Source: Octopus sinensis | Taxonomy: Eukaryota | Reading direction: 5' to 3' | Length of the DNA stretch: 64,000 nt | Assembly: GCF_006345805.1 (NCBI RefSeq) | Contig: NC_043001.1 | Span: 102,114,001-102,178,000 of the forward strand | Shown here: positions 1-11,067 of the stretch, piece after piece | How positions within the stretch are numbered: the first letter of the stretch is position 1 | How the letters are laid out: every line of letters begins with the position of its first letter | The notes under the pieces: generated by a model | The model's database searches: none | The model's input: the letters and a program-made list of their open reading frames with translations, nothing else | Told to the model about the DNA's origin: nothing | Program-made: the position numbers and the translations under genes

Positions 1-457
1 TGGTTGCTCATGTGCCAGCCTTCTGATTCTCAAATAGAACAGACCGTGTGTTCAGAGCCTAAAAATTACTTGGAAATAAAGGCACATTATAAAAACCTGA
101 GAGTTGGACTCAGTGATGTATTTCATTTAGAAACTGGAGTATGCCAGGGATCAGTTCTTAGTCCACTCTTATTCCTCATAGTTCTCCAGGCCATAACAGA
201 TGATTTCAAAACTGGATGCCATGGGAACATGGGCATCCCATGCTGATGATCTTGCTCTTATTGCAGAAGCTGAAGCAGAATTGGAGAAGTTCCAGGTTTG
301 GAAACAAAACCTGGGATCAAAGGGCCTTAAAGTTAACTTAGCTAAGACTAAAGTTGTTGTTAGTAAGAAAGGAGATAAAGTCCTGGTTCCTGCTGGTAAA
401 TGGCTCTGCTCAATATGTAGGAAAGGAGTGGGATGTCATTTCATTTGCTGGGTCTAA
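1..457 (+). mobile_element. RTE-clade LINE reverse transcriptase fragment (decayed)
   Basis: Translates to GVCQGSVLSPLLF...HADDLALIAE...KGLKVNLAKTK...GKWLCSICRKG (RT QGS-LSP and [Y/H]ADD motifs), with frameshifts. Confidence 0.9.
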
Positions 458-790
458 CTCTTCCACAGGTTCCCTCAACCGCTAGGATGTGACACCTTTT
501 CACACAGCTATTCTCATCCATTCTCACCACATGACCATACCAGCACAGTCGTCTCTCTTGCACACCACATCTGATGCTTCTTAGGTCCAACTTTTCTCTC
601 AAGGTACTTACACTCTGTTGTGTATGAACACTGGCATTACACATCCATCGGATCATATTGGCTTCATTCCTTGCAAGCTTATACATGTCCTCAGCAGTCA
701 CACCGCATGTTTCACTACCATGTAGCATAGCTGTTCATACACATGCATCATACAGTCTACCTTTTACTCTGAGCAAGAGGCCCTTTGTCA
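455..790 (-). mobile_element. RTE LINE C-terminal ORF fragment, opposite orientation
   Basis: ORF 441-728 MLHGSET...MIRWMC...ERRLCWYGHVVRM...VEGTCGRVRP, typical RTE C-terminus. Confidence 0.88.
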
Positions 791-792
791 CC

Positions 793-835
<43 letters not shown>

Positions 836-869
836 TGTGTGTGTAAATATATATTTATATGTATGTATA

Positions 870-1744
870 CAGGGTGCAGTGAATAAACTGTCATCTAAAT
901 TATGCAAAAATAAAAATAACACTGACATCTCATTTTAACAGATATATTTACCAAAATTACATAGAAATATTTTGAAATACTAAAAGAGTAAATTTATTCT
1001 ATAAAATCGCCATTGGCTTCAACCATGGCCTCCAGACGACTTCAGAATCTTTTGCAACTCTTCTGGATGGTCTCCGTTAAGTTGATAAATGCTGACATAA
1101 TTCTTGCCTTCAGTTCATCTTTGGTGTTACAAGGAGTTCTGTTGGTCTCTCACTCTCAACTGTGCCCCACATACTAATCAAGATGTTTGAAGTCTGGGGA
1201 GTTAGGTGGCGAGATGTTAGGAGTGATTTGGTTGTAGAAATTGTCTCACAGCCATGACTGGGTTCTCCTGCTTGTGTGGCATGGTGCAGAGTCCTGTTGT
1301 CAGACATAGGGTCTTCCAGCAGCCACACTCTTGGTTCAGGACATCACTACCTCCTCCAGGCACATGATGTAGGCCTCTGTATTGAGTCTGAGACCACGTG
1401 GGAAGATGATGGAGGCATAACATCACCATCACTATTGATCACTCCAAACATCATTATGTTTGATTTTTATCACTCTTGGTACATTTTCTCAGATTGCACT
1501 GTCCTCAGATTGACATCCAAACACTCTGAAATATTCGTATTGGAGCTTCTGGCATGAATACCAAGCAGCACAGCAAGTCGTTTTCAATTTTCTGGCTGAG
1601 TGAATTGCATCACGGTGCTGTTTTTCTCACAGATGGTGCCAATCTGACCCTACTATACTGTGTTGTTGACAAAATGATAAACAAACAATGTGCATGTATG
1701 AAATTAAAATGTCCAAATGATGACAATATACACATCGCACCCTG
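870..1744 (-). mobile_element. Internally deleted Tc1/mariner (DD37D/maT-like) DNA transposon relic
   Basis: Ends CAGGGTGC...GCACCCTG, with TA at 868-869. Minus strand reads QQDSAPCHTSRRTQ...SPPNSPD..LD*YVWGTVE...NTKDELKARI with stops and frameshifts. Confidence 0.8.
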
Positions 1745-1889
1745 AGTGTGTGTGTGTATGTGTATACACACACGTACAAGCTCTCACATACACACGCACT
1801 CACACCTTCGTTTTGGGATCACCACTACTTTATTATCTCCCCTTCTTCCTAGCTCTCCTGTGTGACCCCTCTGCCTGGCATTCACCATG

Positions 1890-2070
1890 ATAGATCGCTA
1901 GCCACTAAACCTTTCTTATTTTCTCTCCCAGTTTATATCTGTGTTCCTTTCTGTCGAAGAGCATAGGCTCGAAATGTAAAAGATTTTCTCACTTCCCGAA
2001 TGTTAAACTAATACATCTGTTTGTTGTTTACACACCCGCCTTCGTCTTTTGTTCTTTTGTAAATTCTCAC
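1890..2070 (+). mobile_element. Penelope-like element terminus with degenerate minimal hammerhead motif (1947-1983)
   Basis: CTTT-CTGTCGA-A-GAGC-atag-GCTC-GAAATGTA-AAAG: HHR-like layout with a variant core. Confidence 0.5.
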
Positions 2071-2439
2071 TTTATATATCGTCTTTCGTTCAGTAGTTTC
2101 CAGCATGTGATTGGCTCATAGAATATTCTGAGAGAGCATTAATTGATTAATTAGTAAACAATAAATAATATTCCATTCTACCATTACAAAACTGGAACAA
2201 TTTTGCAGAGATAACAGGTACTACTTCACGTGTCCAGCTGCAGAAGGGACATCAGTTGCATGTGTAGCATGCAGTAAAAATGCAATAAAGTTCAAAGACT
2301 GGATAATGGTGGCTGAGTTGTTGCTGCACATGTTTCAATAGGAAGGCATTTTTATTGAGAATATAGAATCAATAGGAGTGTTTCACAGCTGAAACATAAG
2401 TGGCACTCATTGAACTGCTTTTGTCCATTTTATTTATTT

Positions 2440-2650
2440 ATCTATTACATATATATATATATGTATGTATATAGTATATATGTATGTATATAGTATATAT
2501 GTGTATATATATATATATATATAGTATATATGTGTATATATATATGTATATAGTATATATATGTATATATATATATGTATATAATATATATATATGTATA
2601 TATATGTATATATATATGTATATATGTATATAGTATATATATATGTATAT
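2440..2650. repeat. (TA)n/(TATG)n microsatellite
   Basis: Direct inspection. Confidence 0.95.
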
Positions 2651-2812
2651 GTCTACACTCTCGGAGTGGTTGGCGTTATAAGGGCATCCAGCTGTAGAAA
2701 CACTGCCAGATCTGACTGGACTGGTGCAGCTTTCGGGCTCCCCAGACCCCAGTTGAACCGTCCAACCCATGCTAGCATGGAAAGCGGACGTTAAATGATG
2801 ATGATGATGATA
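2650..2812 (+). mobile_element. RTE LINE 3' end / RTE-tailed short element
   Basis: GGAGTGGTTGGCGTT..AAGGGCATCCAGCTGTAGAAAC...GGACGTTAAA(TGA)n tail, the same 3' end as the RTE copies in this window. Confidence 0.85.
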
Positions 2813-3356
2813 GTATAATATATATATAATATATATATATATCTAGAGAGAGAGATAGGCAGGGAGAGATTGATATAGACATATGAAATTATCATTTTAA
2901 CATCCAGTTTCCAGTATATACATGCGTATGCATGTGTGTGTGTGTGCATATATAGAGAGAAAGAGAGAGGGAGGGAGAGAGAGAGAGATACATAGATGCA
3001 TGCATTTATGAGCAGTATACAATTTATTAGTGAACAGGAGGAAGTAAAAGATATTTGGTGACATTGTTCTCCCATTCACTCTTATTGACACGAGCATCAT
3101 CACATATCCCCCTCCACCACCACCACCAATGCCATCCTTTCTACCAACCACTGATGTTGTCCTTAGAAATGTGGTGCAAGTGGCAGGGATTCTGGAGTAA
3201 TGAAATTCTTTCATCTTCTGCTTATTTCCGATGTAATTATCAGAAAACTGAATATTGTTTTGCGGAACCAATGACAACCAATGTCCAAATTACACCTGAT
3301 ATGTCTTGCTGCTCTTCGCACCAATTTAAACATCGTGTATTTATTTTATAACTCAC

Positions 3357-3398
<42 letters not shown>

Positions 3399-3451
3399 TG
3401 TGTGTGTATGTATGTATATATGTGTGGGTATATATATGTATGTATATATAA

Positions 3452-3681
3452 GGCGGCGAGCTGGTAGAAACGTTAGCACGCCGGGCGAAATGCGTAGCCG
3501 TACTTCATCTGTCGTTACGTTCTAAGTTCAAATTCCACTGAGGTCAACTTTGCCTTTCATCCTTTCGGGGTTGATAAATTAAGTACCAGTTACGCACTGG
3601 AGTCGATATAATCGACTTAATCCCTTTGTCTGTCCTTGTTTGTCCCCTCTGTGTTTAGCCCCTTGTGGGTAGTAAAGAAAT
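3452..3681 (+). mobile_element. tRNA-derived SINE family B (~230 bp)
   Basis: Head GGCGGCGAGCTGGTAGAAACGTTAGC with B-box-like GTTCAAATTCC; many homologues in window. Confidence 0.85.
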
Positions 3682-3749
3682 ATATATATATGTATGCATA
3701 CACATATATTTATTTCTTAGAGGCAACAAACAAGAACAGGCAAAGGGGT

Positions 3750-3914
3750 TGTCAATTTCATCGACCCCAGTGCATAACTGGTACTTATTTAATTGCCCCT
3801 GAAAAGATGAAAGGCAAAGTCGACCTTGGCGGAATTTGAACTCAGAACGTAGCAGCAGACGAAATACTGCTAAGCAATTTACCCGGTGTGCTAACGTTTC
3901 TGCCAGCTCGCTGC
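3750..3914 (-). mobile_element. SINE family B copy, inverted relative to 3452-3681
   Basis: Reverse complement of the family B head and body. Confidence 0.85.
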
Positions 3915-4146
3915 TCTATACACACACATATATTGCATGTATGTGTGTATACATATATACATGAAGAGAGATATATGTATATATATATATGTTTGAATAT
4001 ACATGTATGTTGGTTCCCAATCATACAGTTCTAGGTTTACTCCCACTGCATGGCACCTTGGGCAAGTGTCTTCTACTATAGCCTCGGGCCATCCAAAGGT
4101 CTGCAAAAGGATTTGGAAGAGTGAAACTGAAAGAAACTTGTTGTCG

Positions 4147-4211
<65 letters not shown>

Positions 4212-4782
4212 ATGTATGTGTGTGCGTATATGTGTGTGTGTGTACATGTATACATGTGTGTGCATGTATGTGTGTGTATATGTACATGTATTCCTGTGTG
4301 TGTGTATGTGTGTACATGTATACATATGTGTGGGTATATATACATAGATGTTGATGTATATTGATGTGTGTGTTTATATATATATATATATATATAACTT
4401 TACTGATAGATCTATTTATTCTTTCTTTCTTTTTGCATATATCCATCATTACTCACACCTTAGAATTAATCTTATTCTAATTGTGGGGAGAGTCCCTGGA
4501 TTTCGACCCCAACATATTTGCTTTCTTGTTGGTAATGCCTTCCTCTATGTATGCTTAAATGCATTTTTATATTTCTAAGTAAATTGCACTTTATGTTTGA
4601 GGGTCTGTTGAAGCTATAAGGTGTTACTCAGGCACTCAACCATGAGTCCACTGCATCTTTCAGCCGAAACAGCTGTAAGCTAATGAAGTTCAGAAGATTA
4701 TCGTTTATTCTTTTGTCATCTTTGTTCATGTGTGTCTGTGCATGTGTGTGTGTATGTGTGTGTGTTTGTCACCTCATTACAC

Positions 4783-4906
4783 AATCGAAAAATACCTTAG
4801 GAATGAGAACTGAAGTTCAAAATTTCCCCAAGACACCTAATGAAGCCGAAACATTGTGTTAAAAACAAACAAGATGAGGATAAATATCCATCAAATGTAA
4901 ATAATG
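4783..4906 (+). mobile_element. Partial copy of tRNA-headed/HHR-tailed element (family H), tail only
   Basis: AATACCTTAGGAATGAGAAC...CAAGACACCTAATGAAGCCGAAACATTGTGTT...GTCAAATGTAAATAATG-like tail, stem II deleted. Confidence 0.75.
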
Positions 4907-5231
4907 AAGAGTGTTCTTTTCTTTATTGTAACCCTCAGTCCACTCCAGACACCCTGCTACTCTCTGTCTGTCTCTTTCGCCTCTTAGCTGGACAACGGCC
5001 ACTCCCTTCGATTAGGTGATCTGCTCTCTGTTCTTGCAAGTAGTAATTCTGTCTTCATGGATGAAAAAGTCCAACTCTTGTGCAACTATCTATCATTATG
5101 GCTTTCAGTTTGGAAAACCTTGCCAGAACACCAGCACTACTAGACATAAACCATTTCTGTTTCTTCTTTCTTGTTTCAGTAATAGGGTAATGTGAAGAAC
5201 TTTTCTTATGGAACTATTTCTACATTTATCT

Positions 5232-5308
5232 GGTGCTATTAAGTGCCAGGTGGTGCTATTAAGTGCCAGGCGGTGCTATTAAGTTAGCCAGGTGGTGCTA
5301 TTAAGTTA
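5232..5308. repeat. Four tandem copies of a 17-21 bp unit GGTGCTATTAAGT(TA)GCCA
   Basis: Direct inspection. Confidence 0.9.
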
Positions 5309-6661
5309 GACATGGCCTGGGCCAATACTGGCCAAAACCTTTGTAAGTTATCTCATTGTGCTATTCATAGACAATAAACACTAGATTTCAACAATTTTTA
5401 GCCTTCATCAATTGTTATACTGCAGTTCCCTATTCTCTCTGCTTCTGTGCCTCCCCACCAGTACAGAAAGCCCTCGTGAGGATCTTACTGCTCTCTTTGT
5501 AACAGCTGATCTCTCCATCCACCCTGCACCACTAAACAGATTGCTTTTCTTCCTGTATCCACAATGGAATACAGTTCTAAAATGGCTCTTTAATCTTCAG
5601 GAGTCATCACAACCTACATATCTATACACTATATTTCAAAGATTTTCTTTTCTTTTCTTTTTTTTTTCTTTATCTCAGCATGTACTCTACTACAAAGATA
5701 ACAAGCCAAGGGTTACTCTCTGTCAATACCTGGCTGTTATTGTTCCATCACCTTGTTGTTTGAACTTGTGGCCAGGTAATTGACATTTTAGCTCATCCGT
5801 TATGGCTTAAAATCCTATAACTCTTTTTTTCAATTGATTAAAACTTTGATTTTTCATATATTCGTCAGAGTTATTTTCAAGTGCCCCTTTCAGAGCCATA
5901 CTGAAAGTTCTTGTGCTTTTCTATAGGCAGAAGTGTGCAATTTTTGTCATGTCATACAATATTGATCAATAGGTCACTTGCTGTCTTTCAATAGGTTTGA
6001 TCAGCTGATATGCAATGCTACCGTAATTTGCATAACAATGACATTATTGCTATGATATCATTCTTTCATCTATCAACGGTGCTAACTTTCCCACCAATTC
6101 TTTCTTTGATAGAATTGTTAAGTAAAGAAACACAAGATGCAGTGACACACCTGTCCTATATCATTTTTATTATTATTATTTTTTTTTTTGCTATGTTTTG
6201 AGAGAGTTTACCTATATTCAAAATTATTGTTATGCATGCAACTTTGCTTTTGTTACCATTTTCATTTTTGGTTACCTTTTGTAAAACTGTCAGCAATTTT
6301 CTGTTACAAATTCCTGTGTTTACTTGTTCAAGTGCTGTCATTTTCCCATTCTATCTATCGAATTTTCCTTTAATTCATGTTCAAATTTACATAACACTTG
6401 AAGACCTGGTCAAAAGTATTGGGACAGTATCAATCACCAAAGAAGCCCTTTCTAGAAATTTCGTAAAAAATGAAATTTTGTCTACCTCAAGATAAATTGA
6501 AAAACTTTAAATTATTCCAGAGTTGCTTGTTTTTAAATACAAAAAGGAAATTTTTCATCAAATGAAATATTGTAAAATTGTATAACTGCTGAGAGCAAGA
6601 AAGCCTGTCCTATGACAGAAACAGTAAACATCAACAATATTAATAATAATAATTATTATTA

Positions 6662-6903
6662 TTTACATTATTTACATTTGATGGATATTTGTTCTCATCT
6701 TGTTTGTTATTAACACGTTTCAGGCGTTACACCCTCTAGCCTTCATCAGGTGTCCTGGGAAAATTTAAAACCTGGGTTCTCATTCCTAAGATATTTTTCG
6801 ATGTTATTATTATTATTATTATTATCATTCAGGTCACTGCATGGAATCAAACTCGGAATCTTGGGGTTAGTAGCCCGCATTCTTAACCACTATGCTATAT
6901 GCC
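6662..6903 (-). mobile_element. Family H element (tRNA-like head + (AAT)n + HHR-like tail), left arm of palindrome
   Basis: Reverse complement starts GGGCATATAGCATAGTGGTTAAG (A box) ... GAGTTTGATTCC (B box), then (AAT)n, then GACAC-CTGATGA-AGGC...GAAAC. Confidence 0.8.
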
Positions 6904-6973
6904 CATGGGTTAAGAGTGCCGGCTACTAACCCCAAGTTTCCGAGTTCAATTCCAGGCAGTGACCTGAATGATG

Positions 6974-7004
<31 letters not shown>

Positions 7005-7175
7005 CATCGAAAAATATCTTAGTAATGTGAACCCAGGTTTGAAATTTCTCCAAGACACCTGATGAATGCTGGAGGGTATATCAGCCGAAACGTGTTAACA
7101 ACAAACAAGATGAGGACAAATATCCGTCAAATGTAAATAATGAACAGAATTCCTCATCTCTTAAATATAGAACTG
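6904..7175 (+). mobile_element. Family H element, right arm of palindrome
   Basis: GGTTAAGAGTGCCGGCTACTAACCCCAAG...GAGTTCAATTCC, (AAT)n, CTGATGA at 7059-7065, GAAAC at 7087-7091. Confidence 0.8.
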
Positions 7176-8535
7176 GAATAATAATAATGCTTTCAAATTT
7201 TGGCCCATGTCCAGCAATTTCGATTACTTGTACTTATCTATCAACCCCAAGAGGATGAAAAGCAAAGTCAACCTCTGTAGAATTTGAACCAAGAATGTAA
7301 AGATGAACGAAATACCACTAAGCAATAATAATGATAATAATTTTGATTGAAGGTCAGCAGTGTTTTGGAGAGTGGGGATTCGATGACATGTGCTCCAGTA
7401 CTTGACTGGTATAATAATTCTTTCTTTTGCCATGAGTGCATCTATGTTACAGAAGTGTTTCAAAAAAAGTGTTGGGTGAATAAACAAGTTATATGAGAAG
7501 AGAGAAAAGGCCTTATACAATTTAAGGAACAAGTAAAAAATTGATGACAGAAATAAAGTACAGGCATGCCTCAATTTCCCTTCTCTTGAGTTGCATTTTT
7601 TTGTAAACTTTAGGTCTTTTTCTTCAAATTTTTTATTAAGAAATCCATGGAAAAAAAAAACTAAGCCTCAACTTCAGTCTATTTATCATCTGTTTTAAGG
7701 CCATTCACACCGGTGAAGAGGATTGGTCTGCAAGAGTCATGTGTCAGGTCCACATAAAAAGCACTCATGCCAACCACTGTAAAGTAAGTGGTTGGCATTA
7801 AGAAGAGCATCCAGCCATAGAAACCATGCCAAATCAGAGTGGGACCTGGTGCGGCTCTCCTGCTTGCCAGCTCTGGTTAAACTGTCCAACCCAGGCCAGC
7901 AACATGGAAAACAAACATAAAAAGAAGAAGAAGAAGGTCATAATAATAATAATGTCATTGTACAATGAAAGCACTTTCTCTTGAATATGCTAGTGAGTCT
8001 ACCATTCAAGCCAAAAGGAATGAAGCCGTTCCATTTCTTTTAAGATTTTGCCCCTTTTCTTGGGGATTGCAGTGCTCTTTTCCCTGGAACAATATCTTGG
8101 ATATGAATTAAAATCCTTTCCTTGTAATTAAGAATTATAAATACCATCTTTTCACGTTTCCATAGTGTTTGATCATTGACAGCTTATCTTCCAACGAAAC
8201 AGTATAGCACTGAAGACAACCAAGATTAGATTTAGCAGTAGGGCCTTTCTTGAGGACATGATGGCTGAACAAATGCATAAATTCACAGATAGTAAACACA
8301 AAGAGACGTCTCAATTTCCTAGTATGAACTATCAGACCTGTAAAACATGTAAACAAGTCTAAGCATTAGAAATGTGTGCATCTTTTTTTTGTCAATCTGT
8401 TCCCTTTTATCCATTTTTCTAAATGATTTGTTCTTATTTTCACTTGTATTTTATTTCACTTTTCTATTTCAATATTGGTTTTTTGGTGTTATTCTAAAAT
8501 TTTTACATTCTTGAATATATATTCACTGAGACAGA

Positions 8536-9640
8536 TGGTATGGTTTCTATGGCTGGATGCTCTTCCTAATGCCAACCACTTTACAGTGGTTGGCATGAGT
8601 GCTTTTTATGTGGACCTGACACATGACTCTTGCAGACCAATCCTCTTCACCGGCATGAATGGCCTTAAAACTTCTGCTCTGAAGAACAGGTCTTCTGGAG
8701 TGCGGCAAGGCATCAGGTATCTCAGTCCTTTGTCATCTCATCTGAAAGGTTCAGGGTCCTGAGATTGTCCTTCAGCACTTCGTCCCATGTCTTCCTAGGT
8801 CTCCCTTTTCAATGTGTTCCATCCACTTTCAGAGACCGGCACTTCTTATGGCGCTGTCAGCATCCATCTGCATCACATGACCAAACCTGCTCAGCCTTCT
8901 CTCTTGCACACTGCATCTAATACCTCTTATGCTTAACTTCTCCGTCAATGCACCAGCACTCAGTCGAGCATGTACACTTATATTACACATCCAACAGAGC
9001 ATACTAACCTCATTCCTCTCTAGTCTTCACATTCAGGGCCCATCTCTCACTACCATGTAGAATTGTTGTTCATATACATGCATCATACAATCTTCCATTA
9101 ACCAACAGAGGTAAAAGCCTTCTGAACTTTCTCCATCCTATTCTTATTCTAGCTATTTCATTCTCCATACACCCTTCCTCGCCCACCCCCTCCTAATTTG
9201 ATCCTTCAGGTAACAGAAATTATTTCCTACCTCTAATAAGCCTCCATGGCATTTACATAAATCAATTTCCTGAATATCTGTAGTTTTTTATGGATTCTGT
9301 GCATCTTCCACAATATGAATACTCCTTTCTCTGATCACCTTTCACTACACCTCTTGTGTGTCCATAGCTTACATGACCTTCTCTGCTGATAACACACGAT
9401 TTCAAGGCCAATTCAGGATGGTTTATGTAACTCAAGTAGGGGTACAGTAGTCGTAATGATAAGATCCAATGTAACAGTTCATTGGCAAACAGCAGCAGTG
9501 GCCGTCCAAGAATTTGGACCTGGAGATCTCCATTTCCAGCGACTTCGAGGGCCACCTCCCAGTGGTGTCGGGTGTCAACGAAGAGCTCTCGACTACAACA
9601 AGATGACCAAAGTATTTTTTTTTCCAAGGTCTGGGGTCTC
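8536..9640 (-). mobile_element. 5'-truncated RTE LINE inserted in the Tigger; its extreme 3' tail is displaced to 7692-7935 (+)
   Basis: ORF 9262-9627 and neighbouring frames match the RTE C-terminus; RTE 3' UTR motif TGGATGCTCTTCCTAATGCCAACC. Confidence 0.85.
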
Positions 9641-10654
9641 CCGCCCCTAAGCCCTAGACCATCACCTTATTACCCTTACCCATCTTGTTGCTTAACAACA
9701 ACAACAGCAGCAGCAGCGATCGGGTTTCCTGCAACAATAGTGAAGATTATTGAAGACAATGGACTTATTTTCAATGTAGATGAAACTGGGCTTTTCTGGA
9801 AAAGAATGTAAGACCAGTCCTTCATAGCTAAGGAGAAGGAAAAGTCTATACCTGGTTTGAAGGTCTCAAAAGATCATTCAACTCTTATGTTGTGAGGCAT
9901 TTGCATGTGGGGTGGTGATTGCAAGTTTCTCTTAGTTTCTCATACAGCAAATCCAAGAATCTCTTGGAAGCATTGCTGACAGTTATGTAAATAATGTAGT
10001 AAGGATGCTGACAAGTAAATGCTTTCAAAACATGGAGAAAGATTCGAGTTTTTTTTGGGGTTTTTTGTGGACTGAGAGGCTGGTTTATTAGAGACCCACT
10101 CCACAACGTCCATTCTCTCTTTTTTTTTTTATTGGACCAGGGGGAGGTAGTGAGATTATAGAGCCTTGCTTCGGTTGAGAGTAACTAATATAAATTTTGT
10201 CCTATTGGTAGAGTTTTATAAACAGCAACAAGATGAGGCACAGTAACATACACCCAAGACACTTCATCAACCAAATGCTGCAAGCTTGTGTGTATATGGA
10301 GAAAGCAGTGGTTTCTTCCGAGATGTTTCTTAATGCTGAACATTTTGTTAAAATGATGTTTATCTCCTTTACAGGGTTATCTGGAACAACAAGAATAAAA
10401 CCATCCAAAAGAAGGCCTTGACAATTTGAAGACTGATTCTTTTGGCTTCACTTTCAATACTGTAATCCTCACATCTCCTCCAACCACCACTCCTGATCAA
10501 TAAAGCATATTGATATCAATCAGGTAGGTGGGTTTTTTTCTTACTTTTTTTAAATATTTCTTAACTTTTTTTAATGAATCTCTTAATGTTTTTCTCATGC
10601 TACACCATTTTCCAAATTATGTCACATGTTTTACAACCAATTATAGACATAATA

Positions 10655-11067
10655 GGCGCCGGAGTGGCTGTGTGGTAAGTAGCTTGTTTACCAGCCACAT
10701 GGTTCCGGGTTCAGTCCCACTGCGTGGCACCTTGGGCAAGTGTCTTCTACTATAGCCCCGGGCTGACCAAAGCCTTGTGAGTGGATTTGGTAGACGGAAA
10801 CTGAAAGAAGCCCGTCGTATATATGTGTATATATATATATGTGTGTGTGTGTTTGTGTGAGTGTGTTTGTCCCCCTAGCATTGCTTGACAACCGATGCTG
10901 GTATGTTTATGTCCCCGTTACTTAGCAGTTCGGCAAAAGAGACTGATAGAATAAGTACTGGGCTTACAAAAGAATAAGTCCCGGGGTCAAGTTGCTCAAT
11001 TAAAGGCGGTGCTCCAGCATGGCCGCAGTCAAATGACTGAAACAAGTAAAAGAGAGAGAGTAAAGAG
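10655..11067 (+). mobile_element. tRNA-derived SINE family A (~370-410 bp, central microsatellite, GAGTAAAA tail), full length
   Basis: Head GGCGCCGGAGTGGCTGTGTGG..GGTTCAGTCCC; CORE-like CCTTGGGCAAGT; more than 10 copies in window. Confidence 0.9.

Noticed and set aside
5930-6600. Possible decayed transposase
   Set aside because: No diagnostic motif or TIR found in any frame.
6830-6965. tRNA-like sequences with A/B boxes (also at 24690-24759, 10655 and 3452)
   Set aside because: They are SINE heads continuing into repeat bodies and lack a complete acceptor stem; not called tRNA genes.
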